A stretch of DNA of 62,325 bases, counting the filler, from Chiloscyllium plagiosum (taxonomy: Eukaryota): assembly GCF_004010195.1 (NCBI RefSeq). It is 3 parts of one record of this genome, joined end to end, with 100 filler letters (N's around TTAATTAATTAA, not from the genome) between each part and the next. Parts side by side here need not be neighbours in the genome. Positions count along the whole stretch, not along the records: positions 1 to 26,909 come from NC_057714.1; 2 more parts are not named here. One strand, written 5' to 3'. Below the pieces are notes generated by a model that worked only from the letters and a program-made list of their open reading frames with translations, made no database searches and had not been told where the DNA came from. Numbering within the stretch: position 1 is the first letter of the stretch; each line of letters starts with the position of its first letter. Shown here piece by piece: positions 12,231 through 25,090 of this stretch. Made by a program: the position numbers and the translations under genes.

Positions 12231-13139
12231 TTTTTAAAAAAAATCCTCTTTGGAGTATAAGTTCTCAAATAATTTATTATGAACATTTTCAATGGGAAAG
12301 TATTCCTCTTGGATTTCTCTTTGTCTTCTGATCTAATATTTTATGAAGCTCATATTTTATGGTACTGAAACAAGCATCTTGAGACATTTGGCATGTCAAA
12401 GGTGCTGTATAAATATAAATTGTTGTCCTGAGGAAATTGGCCTCCAGCAATCTCAATTTGTTTTTATTTGTGTTAGCTATGGCTCCCATCAGTGGAGAAT
12501 TTCCCCATTGATTCCTGTTGACTTCACTTTTGCAAGGGCTACATGATACATATTCAGTCAAATGCTTCTTTGTTAATCATTCTTACTTCTCTTCTGGAAT
12601 ACATTTCTTTAGTGTACGTTTGACTCTTAGACCCTTGTGCGTCTGAGTTATGATTCTTATCATTGTTGATAAACCTCACCATTGCTTTCCCTATCTTTAC
12701 TTTTTTTTACCAGATTGCTCAATGTTCAGCTGCCTCAGCTCGACTGCTTTTGAAACTCTCTGTTTTTTTTTTAAATAAACAACAGCTCAAGTCTCATCTC
12801 ATCCTTAGCTCTCTCTCATTACATGTTGGATATAAAATCGTGAGTTGCAATGTATTTGTGTTTAAGTAGATCAATGTGAGGAGGTTTTCGATGCTAATGT
12901 AACCTAGTTTTATGCTTTACAATGATCAGAGATGTTTGTTATTTTGTCCCTGACATGATGTCTGCAATGTCAGCTGAGAATACATTCCAGGGGGAGGAAT
13001 AATGACACATATTTGAGTAGGAAAGGAATGGGATGGTTTGCCATTTCACTTCTTGTGAGCACCAGGAGTATTGTAAGAATTAGAAAGATGGATATGCAAA
13101 TAATTCTTCAGAGGTATACAACTTGGCCCAGAGCAGATA

Positions 13140-13810
13140 ACTAATGTGCAGAAGGTCATTGTTTTTATTGATAAGATCACATCTGGAACACTGTTAGTGA
13201 TTTTGGTCATCTTATTAAAGAAAGGATGTAAATGCTTTAAAAGCACTTCAGGAAAGATTCATTGGATTGATATCTGGGATGGGGGACAATATGTTATGAG
13301 GAAAGTTTAGACAGGTTCACCTGTTTTCATTAGAGTTTAGAAGAATGAGACTCTGAAAATACAGTAAAACTGGTGAAAGAGACATACTGGTGTGACTTGT
13401 CTTGTATACTTCAATGTGGAGCTCCTGTATAACCAATATGTTTACTTTCAATTCATGCTGCTTTTGTTTCTCTTTTAGTAGTGACCTTCATTGAAACACA
13501 CACATCCTGATGGATGCTGGAAGTGTGTTTCCCTTCAGGGAGAGACAAGAGTATGGGTCAATAAACTTAAAAATGAAGGGTTTCCCATTGTAAGGTGGAG
13601 ATGAAGAATTTTTCATTGAGGGTTATGAGTCCTTGGAACTCTCTTTGCCAGAGATTGGTGAAGTCAGAGTCGTTGAATACATTTCAGGCAAGATAGGTAG
13701 ATTTCTGACTAACAGGGAAGTCAGAGATCATTGGTGTTGGCAGGGACATGGAGTTGAATTCACAACGAGATCAGCCAAGATCTTATTAAATACCACAAAA
13801 GGCTTGAATA
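13140..13810 (+). mobile_element. Degenerate CR1 LINE 3' fragment (interrupted)
   Basis: aaagaaaggatgtaaatgc, ttatgaggaaagtttagacagg, tggaactctcttt and the agatcagccaagatcttatt tail. Confidence 0.6.
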
Positions 13811-15463
13811 TATTTTTAATATATAATAATTCTTGTTTAAGTACAGAAACCTAGTCCATGCTTTCTATTAACCTGGGTCTGAAAAGACAGGTAAATTGGA
13901 GAATTTTGTATAGTTTGATAATATGTTAAACTTTCTTGTGACTCTGGTAATAGAGGGGCTTGATTTCCACTTGCTACCTCAGTGAAGTCCGACAGTGTAT
14001 TAATTCAGTTATCAAAATGGCCAATACCACTCTTCTGGTGCTACTCAAAATAAGAGTGTTAATTAATTCAAAAGAATCTGTTTACTATTAATCACAACTT
14101 ATTTTTAAAGCAATTGACAAACACTGACTTATGATCTGGAAAGAAAAGTATATTTCCTTAATCCTCCACCCCCTTACCCCCCCCCACCAAACACACATAT
14201 ATATACACACACATTTTTCTTTTAAAAGAACAGCCTTGGGCCAAGGTCTGGGACAAAGGATCAAATGTGATGATTTCTCACATGTGCAAATATCCTGTTT
14301 GTGAAACTGAACTGCTAACAGCTGTAGATTGGAATTAAAGCTGGACATTTATCACAATCAACTTGAATTTCATTTGCTGGGCATCAGTCACATTCCATTA
14401 CCTCATCTTTCACCAGGTAGACAGGAATACTGGTATTTGTAAATTCTATCAAGTTCCCAGCAACATCTTCTAAGAAATAGGATTTCAAGAGAGAGACTTG
14501 TTTTTATTTTCTGACTTCTGGGACTGTATATTTCTAAGACAAGAGAGGGTTTCTAGGCAGCTTTTAGCATATACATCAAAACCAGTGTTTAGTAATTACA
14601 TGAACAAACTCATTCCTTTTCCCTTTGAAAAATATGTTTATCTTCCCTTCCAAATTCACTTAATATTCAGAAAAACAGGTGGCTTTTTTGTGCCCATTAA
14701 ACATTTTGCTTTATTCCCAAGAAATCACATAGTAACCCTTCTCGATCCAGAGAATGTCTAAATAGTCCAAAATCTTCCAGCATTTTTCACAGCTTTTAAA
14801 TGTAAATATGTCTTCCCAAGAAGGTCATGTCCTGGAATATGTTTAAGGCAGAGGTAGATAGATTATTGACCAACAAAGGAGTCAAAGGATGTCTGGGATA
14901 AACGGGAAAGTGGAGTTGAGCCACAATCAGATCATCCCAAATGTGTTTTCCAACTAAATATTTTTGTAACTTTTGTGCAAGATTAAACTACACAACTTGC
15001 CTCTGCAGAGTATGTTTGGAAATCTGCTGTAACCTTGCATTTTTCCAAAGTTTGCTTACATTGTGTCACCGTCAATAACTGGCCTTGCAGTTCAGCTGTG
15101 TCATCAAGGTAGATGTACTTCAACTCTTAGCTACGTTGTCCTGTTTACAAGCTCATTCTGATGCTCAAATTTAAGTTTTTCCAAGGAATCTTCATCTCTT
15201 GTAGGTCTGAATGGTCAAGTCTGCAAACTAAAGAATATTTAAAGCGACACATGCTGTATAGAAAGAAGTCTGCTGGTTAGGAATAACAAACAGGTTTCTG
15301 TCATGTTTATCTTGTGCGTCTACATAGATAGGGGAGTCAGACTCTAGACTGAGCTCACCACATCCTCCAGGAAGAGGTCATCCTGCTCCTCTTTTCTATT
15401 GATGACACACCCATAGACTGTTGTGAAATGTGCTATTGCTGCAGCTGTGGCATGGTGTCTCCC

Positions 15464-15762
15464 GGGCAGCACGGTGGCACAGTGGTTAGCACTGCTGCCT
15501 CACAGCGCCAGAGACCCGGCTTCAATTCCTGCCTCAGGCAACTGTCTGTGTGGAGTTTGCACATTCTCCCTGTGTCTGCGTGAGTTTCCTCCCACAGATC
15601 AAAAATGTGCAGGTTAGGTGAATTGGCTATGCTAAATTGTCCGTAGTTTTAGGTGAAGGGGTAAATGTAGGGGAAAGGGTCTGGGTGGGTTGCTCTTCGG
15701 AGGGTCGGTGTGGGCTTGTTGGGCTGAAGGGCCTGTTTCCACACTGTTGGTAATCTAATCTA
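15464..15762 (+). mobile_element. HE1-type tRNA-derived SINE
   Basis: Head ggcacggtggcacagtggttagcactgctgcctcacagcgcc...ttcaattcc with A/B boxes, central tgtggagtttgcacattctccc, HER1-like tail gggcctgtttccacactg and taatc repeats. Confidence 0.9.
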
Positions 15763-16919
15763 CTCACCACCTTCTATGAAGTTGACTGGCTTTAGTTCAC
15801 ACATTGAGGTCAACCATTCTGATTCTTAGCTCACTTAGCTCATTTTCTTAGTGGTCATTCCTTCCCTATACCTGAGAGTATCTTCAATTTAAACTGTAAT
15901 GTTTTGATGACTGTGGTCAGTTGATTTTTTAAAATTATTGCTTGCTGTATCCTGTTTTACGATCTCCTTGAGCACTTTTAAACTTTTGTATGGGCCTTTG
16001 CTCTGTGCAGTTCAATCCTGAGGTGGGCTGTTAACTTTGTCACTTCCTGTTGCCTTTGAACTTTTCAGATATTTCCCCAGTATCTAGAGTAGGATTGCTG
16101 GTCTGGTCTTCTGGGTTTTTAAATAATCCTGTATGGTGGCAGGACTTCATTTTGGCTGTTGATGCCATTTGCCTTCAGATCCAGGGATGGATCATTGGTA
16201 CTACCATGTAGAAATATATTGTCTGTAATCTTGTCAGTGAGCATTAAATTACTTTATTAAACATAGTAATTTGAAAGTTATAGCAAGAAATGGCTTGTTG
16301 CTGAAGCAGCCCTTGGTTCCATGTGATCTGACTTCATTATGATGTAGTTCCTTTTGCACAATAATCAAACTATTCTTAACAATATAATGAATGAGTTCTT
16401 TATAGACTGAGCACAGTACTTACTGAGGTCTGACCAAGACTCTGGACAGCTGACTCATCACATCATTTTTGAATTCCTGCTCCTTCGAAATAAAGACCAA
16501 CATTCCATTAGCCTTTCGATATCTTTTTATGCTTTTTCACAAGCTTGAGATAGCCGAATCATTAATCCTTCAGTGGGTGCTATTCTTTCTCTTTTGCAAG
16601 TTGTACCTGGCCTAGGTATGAGTCCCATGAACAGTAATGAGTCTAGTCAATTGTAGAGCTAGTCAATTTTCAGAGTTGGCAAGTTAGTATCTCAAGGGAT
16701 AACAGTGGCTTAGAAACAGAGGATACTTCAGGAAGGGGATTTGGGTTTCCTGTAAGCAAACCCGAGGAACCTTACATTCTTTTCCCTGGACATATTACTC
16801 AGTGAAAATGAAAATGAGAGGCTCTTAGAAGCAGCTGAAGACAAAACAAAATCAAAAGACACTGAGGTCTGGAGAAATCTATAGGAGACCTGTGCTGCCT
16901 TTTAAAACTTGTTCAGTCA

Positions 16920-17150
16920 TGATTTGTGGCGATCACTGGCTCAGTAAGTATTTACTGCACACCCCTGGAATTGGCCTTGAGAAGGACGTAGTAATCCAAT
17001 TTCTTGAGCTGCTCTCATCCATGTGATAAGGAACACCTAGAGTGCTGTTACAGAGGGAGTTCCAGGATTTTGACCCTGTGCAAATGAGGGAATACTTGAG
17101 GGGAACTTGCGGGAAGTGGTTTTCCCATGTATCACCTGCCATTTTCCTTT
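16920..17150 (-). mobile_element. Degenerate L2/CR1-group LINE 3' remnant
   Basis: Homologous to 6680-6960 (gggagttccaggattttgaccc...ggtggttttcccatgtatc). Confidence 0.5.
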
Positions 17151-17158
17151 TTACATGT

Positions 17159-17658
17159 NNNNNNNNNNNNNNNNNNNNNNNNNNNNNNNNNNNNNNNNNN
17201 NNNNNNNNNNNNNNNNNNNNNNNNNNNNNNNNNNNNNNNNNNNNNNNNNNNNNNNNNNNNNNNNNNNNNNNNNNNNNNNNNNNNNNNNNNNNNNNNNNNN
17301 NNNNNNNNNNNNNNNNNNNNNNNNNNNNNNNNNNNNNNNNNNNNNNNNNNNNNNNNNNNNNNNNNNNNNNNNNNNNNNNNNNNNNNNNNNNNNNNNNNNN
17401 NNNNNNNNNNNNNNNNNNNNNNNNNNNNNNNNNNNNNNNNNNNNNNNNNNNNNNNNNNNNNNNNNNNNNNNNNNNNNNNNNNNNNNNNNNNNNNNNNNNN
17501 NNNNNNNNNNNNNNNNNNNNNNNNNNNNNNNNNNNNNNNNNNNNNNNNNNNNNNNNNNNNNNNNNNNNNNNNNNNNNNNNNNNNNNNNNNNNNNNNNNNN
17601 NNNNNNNNNNNNNNNNNNNNNNNNNNNNNNNNNNNNNNNNNNNNNNNNNNNNNNNNNN
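17159..17658. other. Assembly gap (500 N) inside NDUFA4 intron 1
   Basis: Run of N. Confidence 0.99.
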
Positions 17659-17889
17659 TTTGAGAGAAAAGCAATTATGTAGTGAACAATGGCAAAATCG
17701 TTGGGAAAGCCAGCCTGGTGGAATTACTTAGTTTAAGATTATAAAGCAGATCTCTATTCATAAGCAACACTAGTATTTTTATTTCTATCAACAAAAATTG
17801 AATTAGAATAATTATTTACTGATAGGGTATTTCTTTTTTTTATTTTATTACTTTGGCATCATAATATTTATCTATTTTTGTTACCTTAG

Positions 17890-17978
17890 TTGATTCCTTT
17901 ATTCTTCTTCATTGGACTTGGAGCTACTGGTGCTGGGCTTTATCTATCGCGTCTGGCAATGTTCAGCCCGGATGTCTG
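17890..17978 (+). CDS. NDUFA4: NDUFA4 coding exon 2 ([30 protein letters not shown]; transmembrane helix)
   Basis: Acceptor ttaccttag, 89-nt exon, donor gtatgt (phase 2). The peptide matches the NDUFA4 LIPLF..IG.GATGA.LYL.RLA..PDV motif. Confidence 0.95.
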
Positions 17979-18489
17979 GTATGTGAAGTCACGTATGTTA
18001 CATCGTGAAATATGTTTTTGACAGTTTTTGTCAGTGGTGGTTTGCCAATGCCTTCCACTCTTAGTTAGAGGTGAAGAGGCACCGGTTGTGTCTATTTCAG
18101 CTGGAAAGGGAGTCGAACCCGAACTATTTGTGTATTTTGAATTACATGCTACCATCTGACCGACTGAGTTAACTCCAGCCACACTGCCTCCCCTTCTATA
18201 TTGATGGTTTTATAAATAAAAATCTAAAGTACAAAGCAAGGAAACATGCTACTTTAAGACACTAGTTAAGGCTTCTGAGATATTGCGTCCAACTCTGGAA
18301 ACTACACTGTAAGAAGGATGTCAAAGCCTCAAAGATCTGCAGATGTAATTTACTGGAATGGTCCAAGGGAGGGCAGACTTTAGTTTCATGGAAAAATTTG
18401 AAAAACTGATAGTGAAGTTTAAGGGAAGATTTGATAGGGTTAAGAAAGAGAAACAGTTTTTAGTGGCAGAAGGCTCAGTAAACTGAGGA

Positions 18490-19215
18490 TAAGTGACACA
18501 TCACTTTCACACTACCAAGTACTGGACAGTGAACATTTTCAAGAGATATACTAACCACTTTCCTCCTTGATAGTCAGTGACATTACCACCGTCAAGTCCT
18601 CTGTCACAACAACCTGGGAATTGCCAATAACTTACTTGAACCTGCACTTTACGCAGCTACAAGAGATCAGGTGCTGATATTCTGTGAGAAGTGATGCATC
18701 TCCGATGTTTTGTCACCATCCATAAGGCACAATCAAAAGTGTGATGGAATATCCCACATTTGGATGAGTGCAAGATTGGCAACAGCAAATAAATTTCAAC
18801 GCCACCCAGGACAGAGTAGCTCACTTGATTTGCACCTCATTCACCATCTTCAATATTCACTCCACAACAGTATTCCATCTAAAAGTTAATGCTGCAAGAC
18901 TTGCAAAGTATCTTTCAAGTATCTGTCAAGCCATTGACCTCCATGACTGAGAATGGCAAGGACAGTTAACCCGAGCTTTATCACCACTTCCAAATTCCCT
19001 TCTAAGTCATGCAGCATCCTAACTTTAATGTAGTACCTTGATCCTTCAATGCTGTTGAGTCACTTTCCCTGTGTAGCTCCCCCATACACCGCTGTGCAAG
19101 AACCGTCACATGCCTACTACAGCAGTGCAAAAAAAAGCTGCCTAAAATTTTCTGAAGGGTAGCTTGAAGATAGTAATTAATGCTGGTTTTTACAGTTACT
19201 TCAAATCCCTTAAAT
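18490..19215 (+). mobile_element. Degenerate L2/CR1-group LINE 3' fragment in NDUFA4 intron 2
   Basis: aagtgacaca...accaagtactggacagtg, caccatccataaggcacaatcaaaagtgtgatggaata and an attaatgctgg tail; homologous in reverse to 21390-21840. Confidence 0.55.
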
Positions 19216-19461
19216 GAACCTCTTTTTCCTCATTTTTTTAGTTTTTAAAAAATAATTTACATTGTACATTTGAAATCATCATAGCTCCCTACTTGAGATA
19301 ACTGATGGAAACTTAAACAGTAAATTTCAAACATTTTGTAGGACAATAGGGACTGAGCAGCAAGTGGAAGGAGTCGGTTAGTTCTTTCAAAGAATGGCCT
19401 TCTTTTGTTCTGCATAATACTATGATTCTATATAGTTGCATGTTTTTGCTTTTGTTTTTAG

Positions 19462-19522
19462 CTGGGACAGAAAGAACAACCCTGAGCCATGGAATAAACT
19501 GGGCTATAATCGTCAATACAAG
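19462..19522 (+). CDS. NDUFA4: NDUFA4 coding exon 3 ([21 protein letters not shown])
   Basis: Acceptor tttgtttttag, 61-nt exon, donor gtaact; diagnostic [10 protein letters not shown] motif. Confidence 0.97.
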
Positions 19523-19705
19523 GTAACTTGGTGGAGAAAGAATTTGCTGAAAACATTTACTTACAGTTGCACTGTTGGAAGTAAATTTGCTTCTGTTCAT
19601 GCATTTAAGAAAAATAAATAGTAAAGCAATAGTCATAACATAATAAATGAGCTGTGAAATGATTAAGAAATATGCCTGCTGATTGTTTTATTCTTGTTTT
19701 GACAG

Positions 19706-19762
19706 TTTATTGCAGTGAACACTGATTATAAACAGCTGAAAAAGAATGGCCCTGATTTCTGA
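19706..19762 (+). CDS. NDUFA4: NDUFA4 coding exon 4 (FIAVNTDYKQLKKNGPDF*)
   Basis: Acceptor ttgttttgacag, conserved DY..LKK.GPDF C-terminus, TGA at 19760-19762. Confidence 0.96.
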   Translation, partial: FIAVNTDYKQLKKNGPDF

Positions 19763-20005
19763 ATGATTGCCAGAATGTCTAATTACCTCTGCTAAAATGC
19801 CAAAACTTTGCAAACCTGGATGCACAATATATTATGTTTCAAGTAATTATATTTATTGATCATGTTTTCTTTTAATATTAACAAAATAGTATAAAGCTTA
19901 ATAACTTGCTTTATACTAGCCTTGATTTTTAAAACAGGAAAAATTCTGTTTCGATCAAACATGCTTGCTGTGCTTATTATATTTCTGTCATATGGATCAA
20001 TCGCC

Positions 20006-20011
20006 AATAAA
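20006..20011 (+). terminator. Candidate polyadenylation signal of NDUFA4
   Basis: AATAAA ~245 nt after the stop; alternative signals at 20272-20277 and 20281-20286. Confidence 0.6.
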
Positions 20012-21389
20012 TGTTCCACGCTTTCGGAATGCAAATTTTAATACTGTAATGTTATTTAGAAAAGTAAGGCATATTTAGCTAACTTAAGGTTGTAATTTAT
20101 AGATTAATCATTGAAATTATTGAACTTGAAACAACAAAGAATTTTAGGTATGTGTAATTAACAAAAAAAGCTATACGGTACTTGAATGCTGGGATTTAAA
20201 TTGTATCTATGCAATACTCGGTCAATGGAATTATTCATGAATTTTTAAAAATATTGCAATGTAATTGAGCCAATAAAATAAATAAAGTATGTATTATCAT
20301 TAATGTTTTCTTATTTAATTAATCTTCCAAAGTGTTAATTAACTACGTGGCATAGGCAGCTGTCCCTCAATGCAAGGATGCTGTTTACCTAAGGGTAAGA
20401 GTTTCTGCAGTGTGTCAGCATTCTAACAGACTGTGTTCCTAAACCTGCAATTTGTTTTACTGTTTGGGTAATGGGATAAGGATTGCTTCGTTTTTCTTAG
20501 CTGCTGGTGCTCTGCTGCATCATTGAGACTTTATGACTCAAAACTTGATGAACAAATTACTGTCAATCTGAATAAATTATAAGCTCCGCCTAGTCATTAA
20601 TATCAATATTGTCATGCTTCAAAAAGAGCTTCAGAGTGCCTTTGAAACTTTGCTTTGTCCTTTTATGGATCATTAGCCATTTCAAATTTTACAAAATATC
20701 ATCTGGCAGGGAAGACACATTTTGTGATCGTTCAGCTTTGGTGTCCAGTCTATTCACATTGATTTTGTGTGAGTATTACTTGAATGCTTATAGAGGTAGC
20801 TTCAAGGATGGTAGTGTTTGTTTAGTGGTCCATTGAGTTCAGAGGCTGCAGCAAAGGCATTGCTGATGGAATTTCCACAGTCTCTTGTGTTTTGCTGATG
20901 CACCATCCAGGTCTCACTGCAATACAGAAGTGACGTGGTGACAACTGCTTTGACAACTGGGACTTCCAAGGTTTTTTTTTGTCAAGCACTCACTGCTGCA
21001 GTTGTAGAAGGTTGGGTTCATGTAGTTGATCTGGTTTTGGATCTGCTTGTCATTTTTTGAGAGAAGTGACTTCTCCTTTTGAGGGAAGTGACTGCCAAAT
21101 GTGTGGTCAGTATATAAAGGAAATTTAATATTTATCTGACCAGGAATGGCTTGATATATGAGTTTGGTTTAGAAATGTCAGCTAAAAGTTCTTCCTTTGC
21201 AAAATTGAAAAGATCAAGAATAGCTTACAAATCTGGTTCAGACTGGTTAAAGACATTGCAGTCATCTGCAAATTGCAAATTATGTCTGTCTGTTGTGATC
21301 AGTTTAGTCTTGGTGTGGAGGTTATTGAGATTAAACATTTTCATCTAAATGGCTTAATACTAACACCAGATGACAGTTGACTCCTGACT

Positions 21390-21840
21390 TGTGCCTTGGA
21401 GATTGTGAACAGGCTTTAGGTAATCAGAAGGTGAGTTAATTGCTTTAGTATTCCTAGCCTCTGTCCTGTGCGAATAGCCACTGTATTTATAAGACGAGAA
21501 CATTTGAGTTTCTGGTCAATGGTACCCCTGAGACTGTGGGATTCAGTGATGGTAACATCATTGAATCTCAAGGTGTGATGGTTAGCTTGTCTTTTACTGG
21601 AAATGATCATTGCCTGGCATTTGTGTTGTGTGAATGTTACTTGCCCGTTTTCAGCAAGCCTGGATATTGTCTAGGACATGTTGCATTCGACATGAACTTT
21701 TTCTGCATTTGAGGTGATTCCATTGCTACGGTTTCTTGATACCACACTCTGACTATCCTTGACATCAAGGCTGTTTTTGGCATCCTCACCTCACTTCTGG
21801 AATTCAGCACTTTTGTCCATTTTTACACCAAGACCGCAGA
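21390..21840 (-). mobile_element. Degenerate L2/CR1-group LINE fragment
   Basis: ORF 21416-21610 (...GTIDQKLKCSRLINTVA.RTGQRLGIL) resembles the post-RT region of L2/CR1. Confidence 0.6.
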
Positions 21841-21859
21841 CCCTAAATTGGTGAGCATG

Positions 21860-23030
21860 CACTGTGGATAAGATGAAGCCTGTTGCTGCATTGTACTTAG
21901 ATTTCCAGAAGACATTTGATAACGTGCTGCCAGAAAAATAAAATCTAATGGCATAAGGAGTAACGTATTCCCCTGGATAGGGGATTGGCTAGCTGGCGGA
22001 AATCTAATTATGTAAAAATAAGCCTTTGATGGTCAATATGGGTTAAGTGAAGCCCCACAGAGGTCTGTCCTAGGGCTTCAATGTTTTACAATTTACATCA
22101 ATGACTTAGATAAGGGAGCAAAAATATGGTAATTAATTTTCCAGGTAACACCACAATAGGTAATAAATGATGTTTTGAAGGAAATGAAATGAGACTGTGG
22201 AAGGATATACAGTAGATAGGTTGAGTGAGTGGGCAGACAACTGGCAGATGGGGTAAAATATGGGACCATGTGAAATTTTTCACTTTGGCAAGAAGAACCA
22301 GAAAGTAAAGTATCACTTAATTGGAGGACTTGCGGAATTCTGAGGTACTGAGGGATTTTGGGTATATTGGTGACTGAATCACATTAGTATACGGGTACAG
22401 CAGGTTATCAAGAAGGCTAAAGGAATTCCATACTTTATTTTGAGAGGGATTGAATATAAAGGTCAAGATGCTATGGTTTTCATGCAGGAAGCAGCCCTTG
22501 AATACTGTGTGCAGGTTTGGTCTCCTTATTTAAGGAAGGATTTAAATGCATTGGAGGCAGTTCAGAAGAGATTCACTGAATTAGTACCTCAGCTGAGTAA
22601 TTTGCCTTATAGTTTGAACAGACTAGATTTGTTTCCACTGATGTTTAGCAGACTAAGAACTGATCTGGTTGAAATGTATAAGATCGTGAATAACCTTGAC
22701 AAGGTGGATACGTAAATATTGATATCTCGAATCAGTCAATTCAGAACTAAAGGGGCATTGCTTTTAAAAAATAGGGGTTATGCTTTTAGGAGAGAGATAT
22801 GGACAAATTTGTTTTCTCAGAGGATGGTGGAACTTTGCCCACATCACCTTGTAGCATAGATTTGCAGAGTCATTAAATAGTTTTAAGGTTGATTTCCTTG
22901 CGAAACAAAAGTCAAAGTTTACCAAGACAGACAGGAATGTGGAATTCTAAAAGCAAACAGATCATCCATTTCCATAATGACAGAGCAGGTTCAAAGTGCC
23001 AAGTGATCTAATTTTGCTTCTATTTCATAT
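21860..23030 (+). mobile_element. Degenerate CR1 LINE (RT to 3' end)
   Basis: YLDFQKTFD, PQRSVLG, YINDLD and LEYCVQVWSPYLRKD (ORF 22440-22715). Confidence 0.85.
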
Positions 23031-23891
23031 GTTTGTCTATTCATATGACTTGATGCATGGAATTTAATACCAGGCTGCAGCAACAAAAAGAAGTTCAAGA
23101 GATACAGAAGGATAAACTGACTAGAGCTTTAATTATAAAATAGTTGCAAATTTAAAGGAGCTAGAATGAACAAAGTGTTAGCCTAAAATGTTTTACTTTT
23201 GTTTTTGATTGAGTATTTATATTTTCTCACATACTTCTTTTTTAAAATTCACCATATGTTATAAGCATTATCACATGATGCTAGTTTGCTTTTAATAAAG
23301 AAGGCACTGTTGGTAACTAAACAAACTTGCAATGGATGGTTATAATGTGAGAAAAGCTGAATGAAAATATATTTTAGTTCAAAGTAAGGTAAGAAGTCAT
23401 GGTCAAAAAAAAAACAATAAAAACTTCAATTTGTTATATTGTAAATGTATTCATGTTACATTAAAAAGAACATTGAAATCAAAGACTAGTAATCTCTAAT
23501 TGAGCATAAGCAAAGTATTTACTGTTAGGAAGAAATTTAATTTAATGCTTGATATTAATGTAAACAAGGCTAAAAGTAAATAGAATACATTAAAGTGCAG
23601 AGTCTTTGTTTAGAAGTATTGATGGTAGACCTGTAAAATATATTGGAAAGAAGAAATGCTGTTACTGCAAATTCCTCTTATTGAAAGCCACATAATTGTA
23701 AAGGTGCAACAGTAGATCCTTGTGCTTGCATGTTACTGCAGCAGCCTAAAGTTGACAGCAATGTACCCATTGCAGTAATAAAACACATTATTGAGGCAAT
23801 ATTTTATGAAGTAAATATAATACCCAATCATCTTGAAATAATTGTAACACTATTTACCTAGCATTCACAAAGGAGAGTTACAATAGAACAT

Positions 23892-25090
23892 CGAGTCATA
23901 GAGAGGTACAGCATGGAAACAAACCCTTCGGTCCAACCCGTCCATGCCGATCAGATATCCCAACCCAATCTAGTCCCACCTGCCAGCACCCTGCCCATAT
24001 CCCTCCAAGCTGTTCCTATTTATATACCCATCCAAATGCCTGTTAAATGTTGCAATTGTACCAGCCTCCACCACTTCCTCTGGCAGCTCATTCCATACAC
24101 ATACCACCCTCTGCGTGAAAAAGTTGCCCCGTAGGTCTCTTTTATATCTTACTCCTCTCACCCTAAACCTATACCCTCTAGTTCTGGACTCCACGACCCT
24201 AGGGAAAAGACTCTGTATATTTATCCTCATAATTTTGTAAACCTCTATAAGGTCACCCCTCAGCCTCCGATGCTCCAGGGAAAACAGTCCCAGCCTGTTC
24301 AGCCTCTCCCTGTAGCTCAAATCCTCCTTTCCCAAAATGCAGCACTTCACATTTATCTAAATTAAACTCCATCTGCCACTTCTCAGCCCATTGGCCCATC
24401 TGGTCCAGATCCTGTTGTAATCTGAGGTTACCCTCTTTGCTGTCCACTACACCTCAAATTTTGGTGTCATCTGCAAACTTACTAAGTGTACCGCTTATGC
24501 TCGCATCCAAATCATTTATGTAAATGACAAAATGTAGAGGACCCAGCACCGATCCTTGTGGCAGCCAATGGTCACAGGCCTCCAGTCAGAAAAACAACCC
24601 TCCACTACTCTCTCCCTTCTACCTTTGAGCCAGTTCTGTATTCAAATGGCTAGTTCTCCGAGCATTCCATGAGATCTAGCCATGCTAATCAGTCTCCCAT
24701 GGGGAATCTTGTCGAACACCTTAACTGAAGTCTATGTATATCACACGTACTGCTCTGCCCTCATCAATCCTCTTTGTTACTTCCTCAAAAAACTTAATCA
24801 AGTTTGTGAGACATGATTTCCCATGCACAAAGCCATGTTGACTATCCCTAATCAGTCCTTGCCTTTCCAAATACATGTACATCTTGTCCCTCAGGATTTC
24901 CTCCATAAACTAGCACACCACCGAGGCCAGGCTTACTGGTCTATAGTTCCCTGGCTTGTCCTTACCACCCTTCTTAAAGAGTGGCACCACGTTAGCCAAC
25001 CTCCAGTCTTCCGGCACCTCACCTGTGACTATTGATGATACAAATATCCCAGCAATCACTTCTGTAGCTTCCCTCAGAGTTCTAGGATAT
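23892..25090 (-). mobile_element. HER1/CR1 LINE copy with internal deletion
   Basis: Near-identical to 3066-4392 and 54139-55996; ORFs 23970-24350, 24253-24447 and 24721-24906. An internal segment is missing near 24328. Confidence 0.95.

Noticed and set aside
15464..15540. tRNA genes at SINE heads (also 33638, 33931, 59010)
   Set aside because: The A/B-box heads continue into SINE bodies and LINE-derived tails; no complete cloverleaf is evident.
17042..17731. ORFs of 178-229 aa (also 36237-36929 and 53865-54090)
   Set aside because: They are open only because they run through N gaps.
19763..20290. C15orf48/miR-147 host gene, or a miR-147/miR-210 seed site in the 3' UTR
   Set aside because: The protein matches NDUFA4 rather than C15orf48. 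No GTGTGCGG hairpin or CGCACA site was seen (only TGCACA at ~19820).
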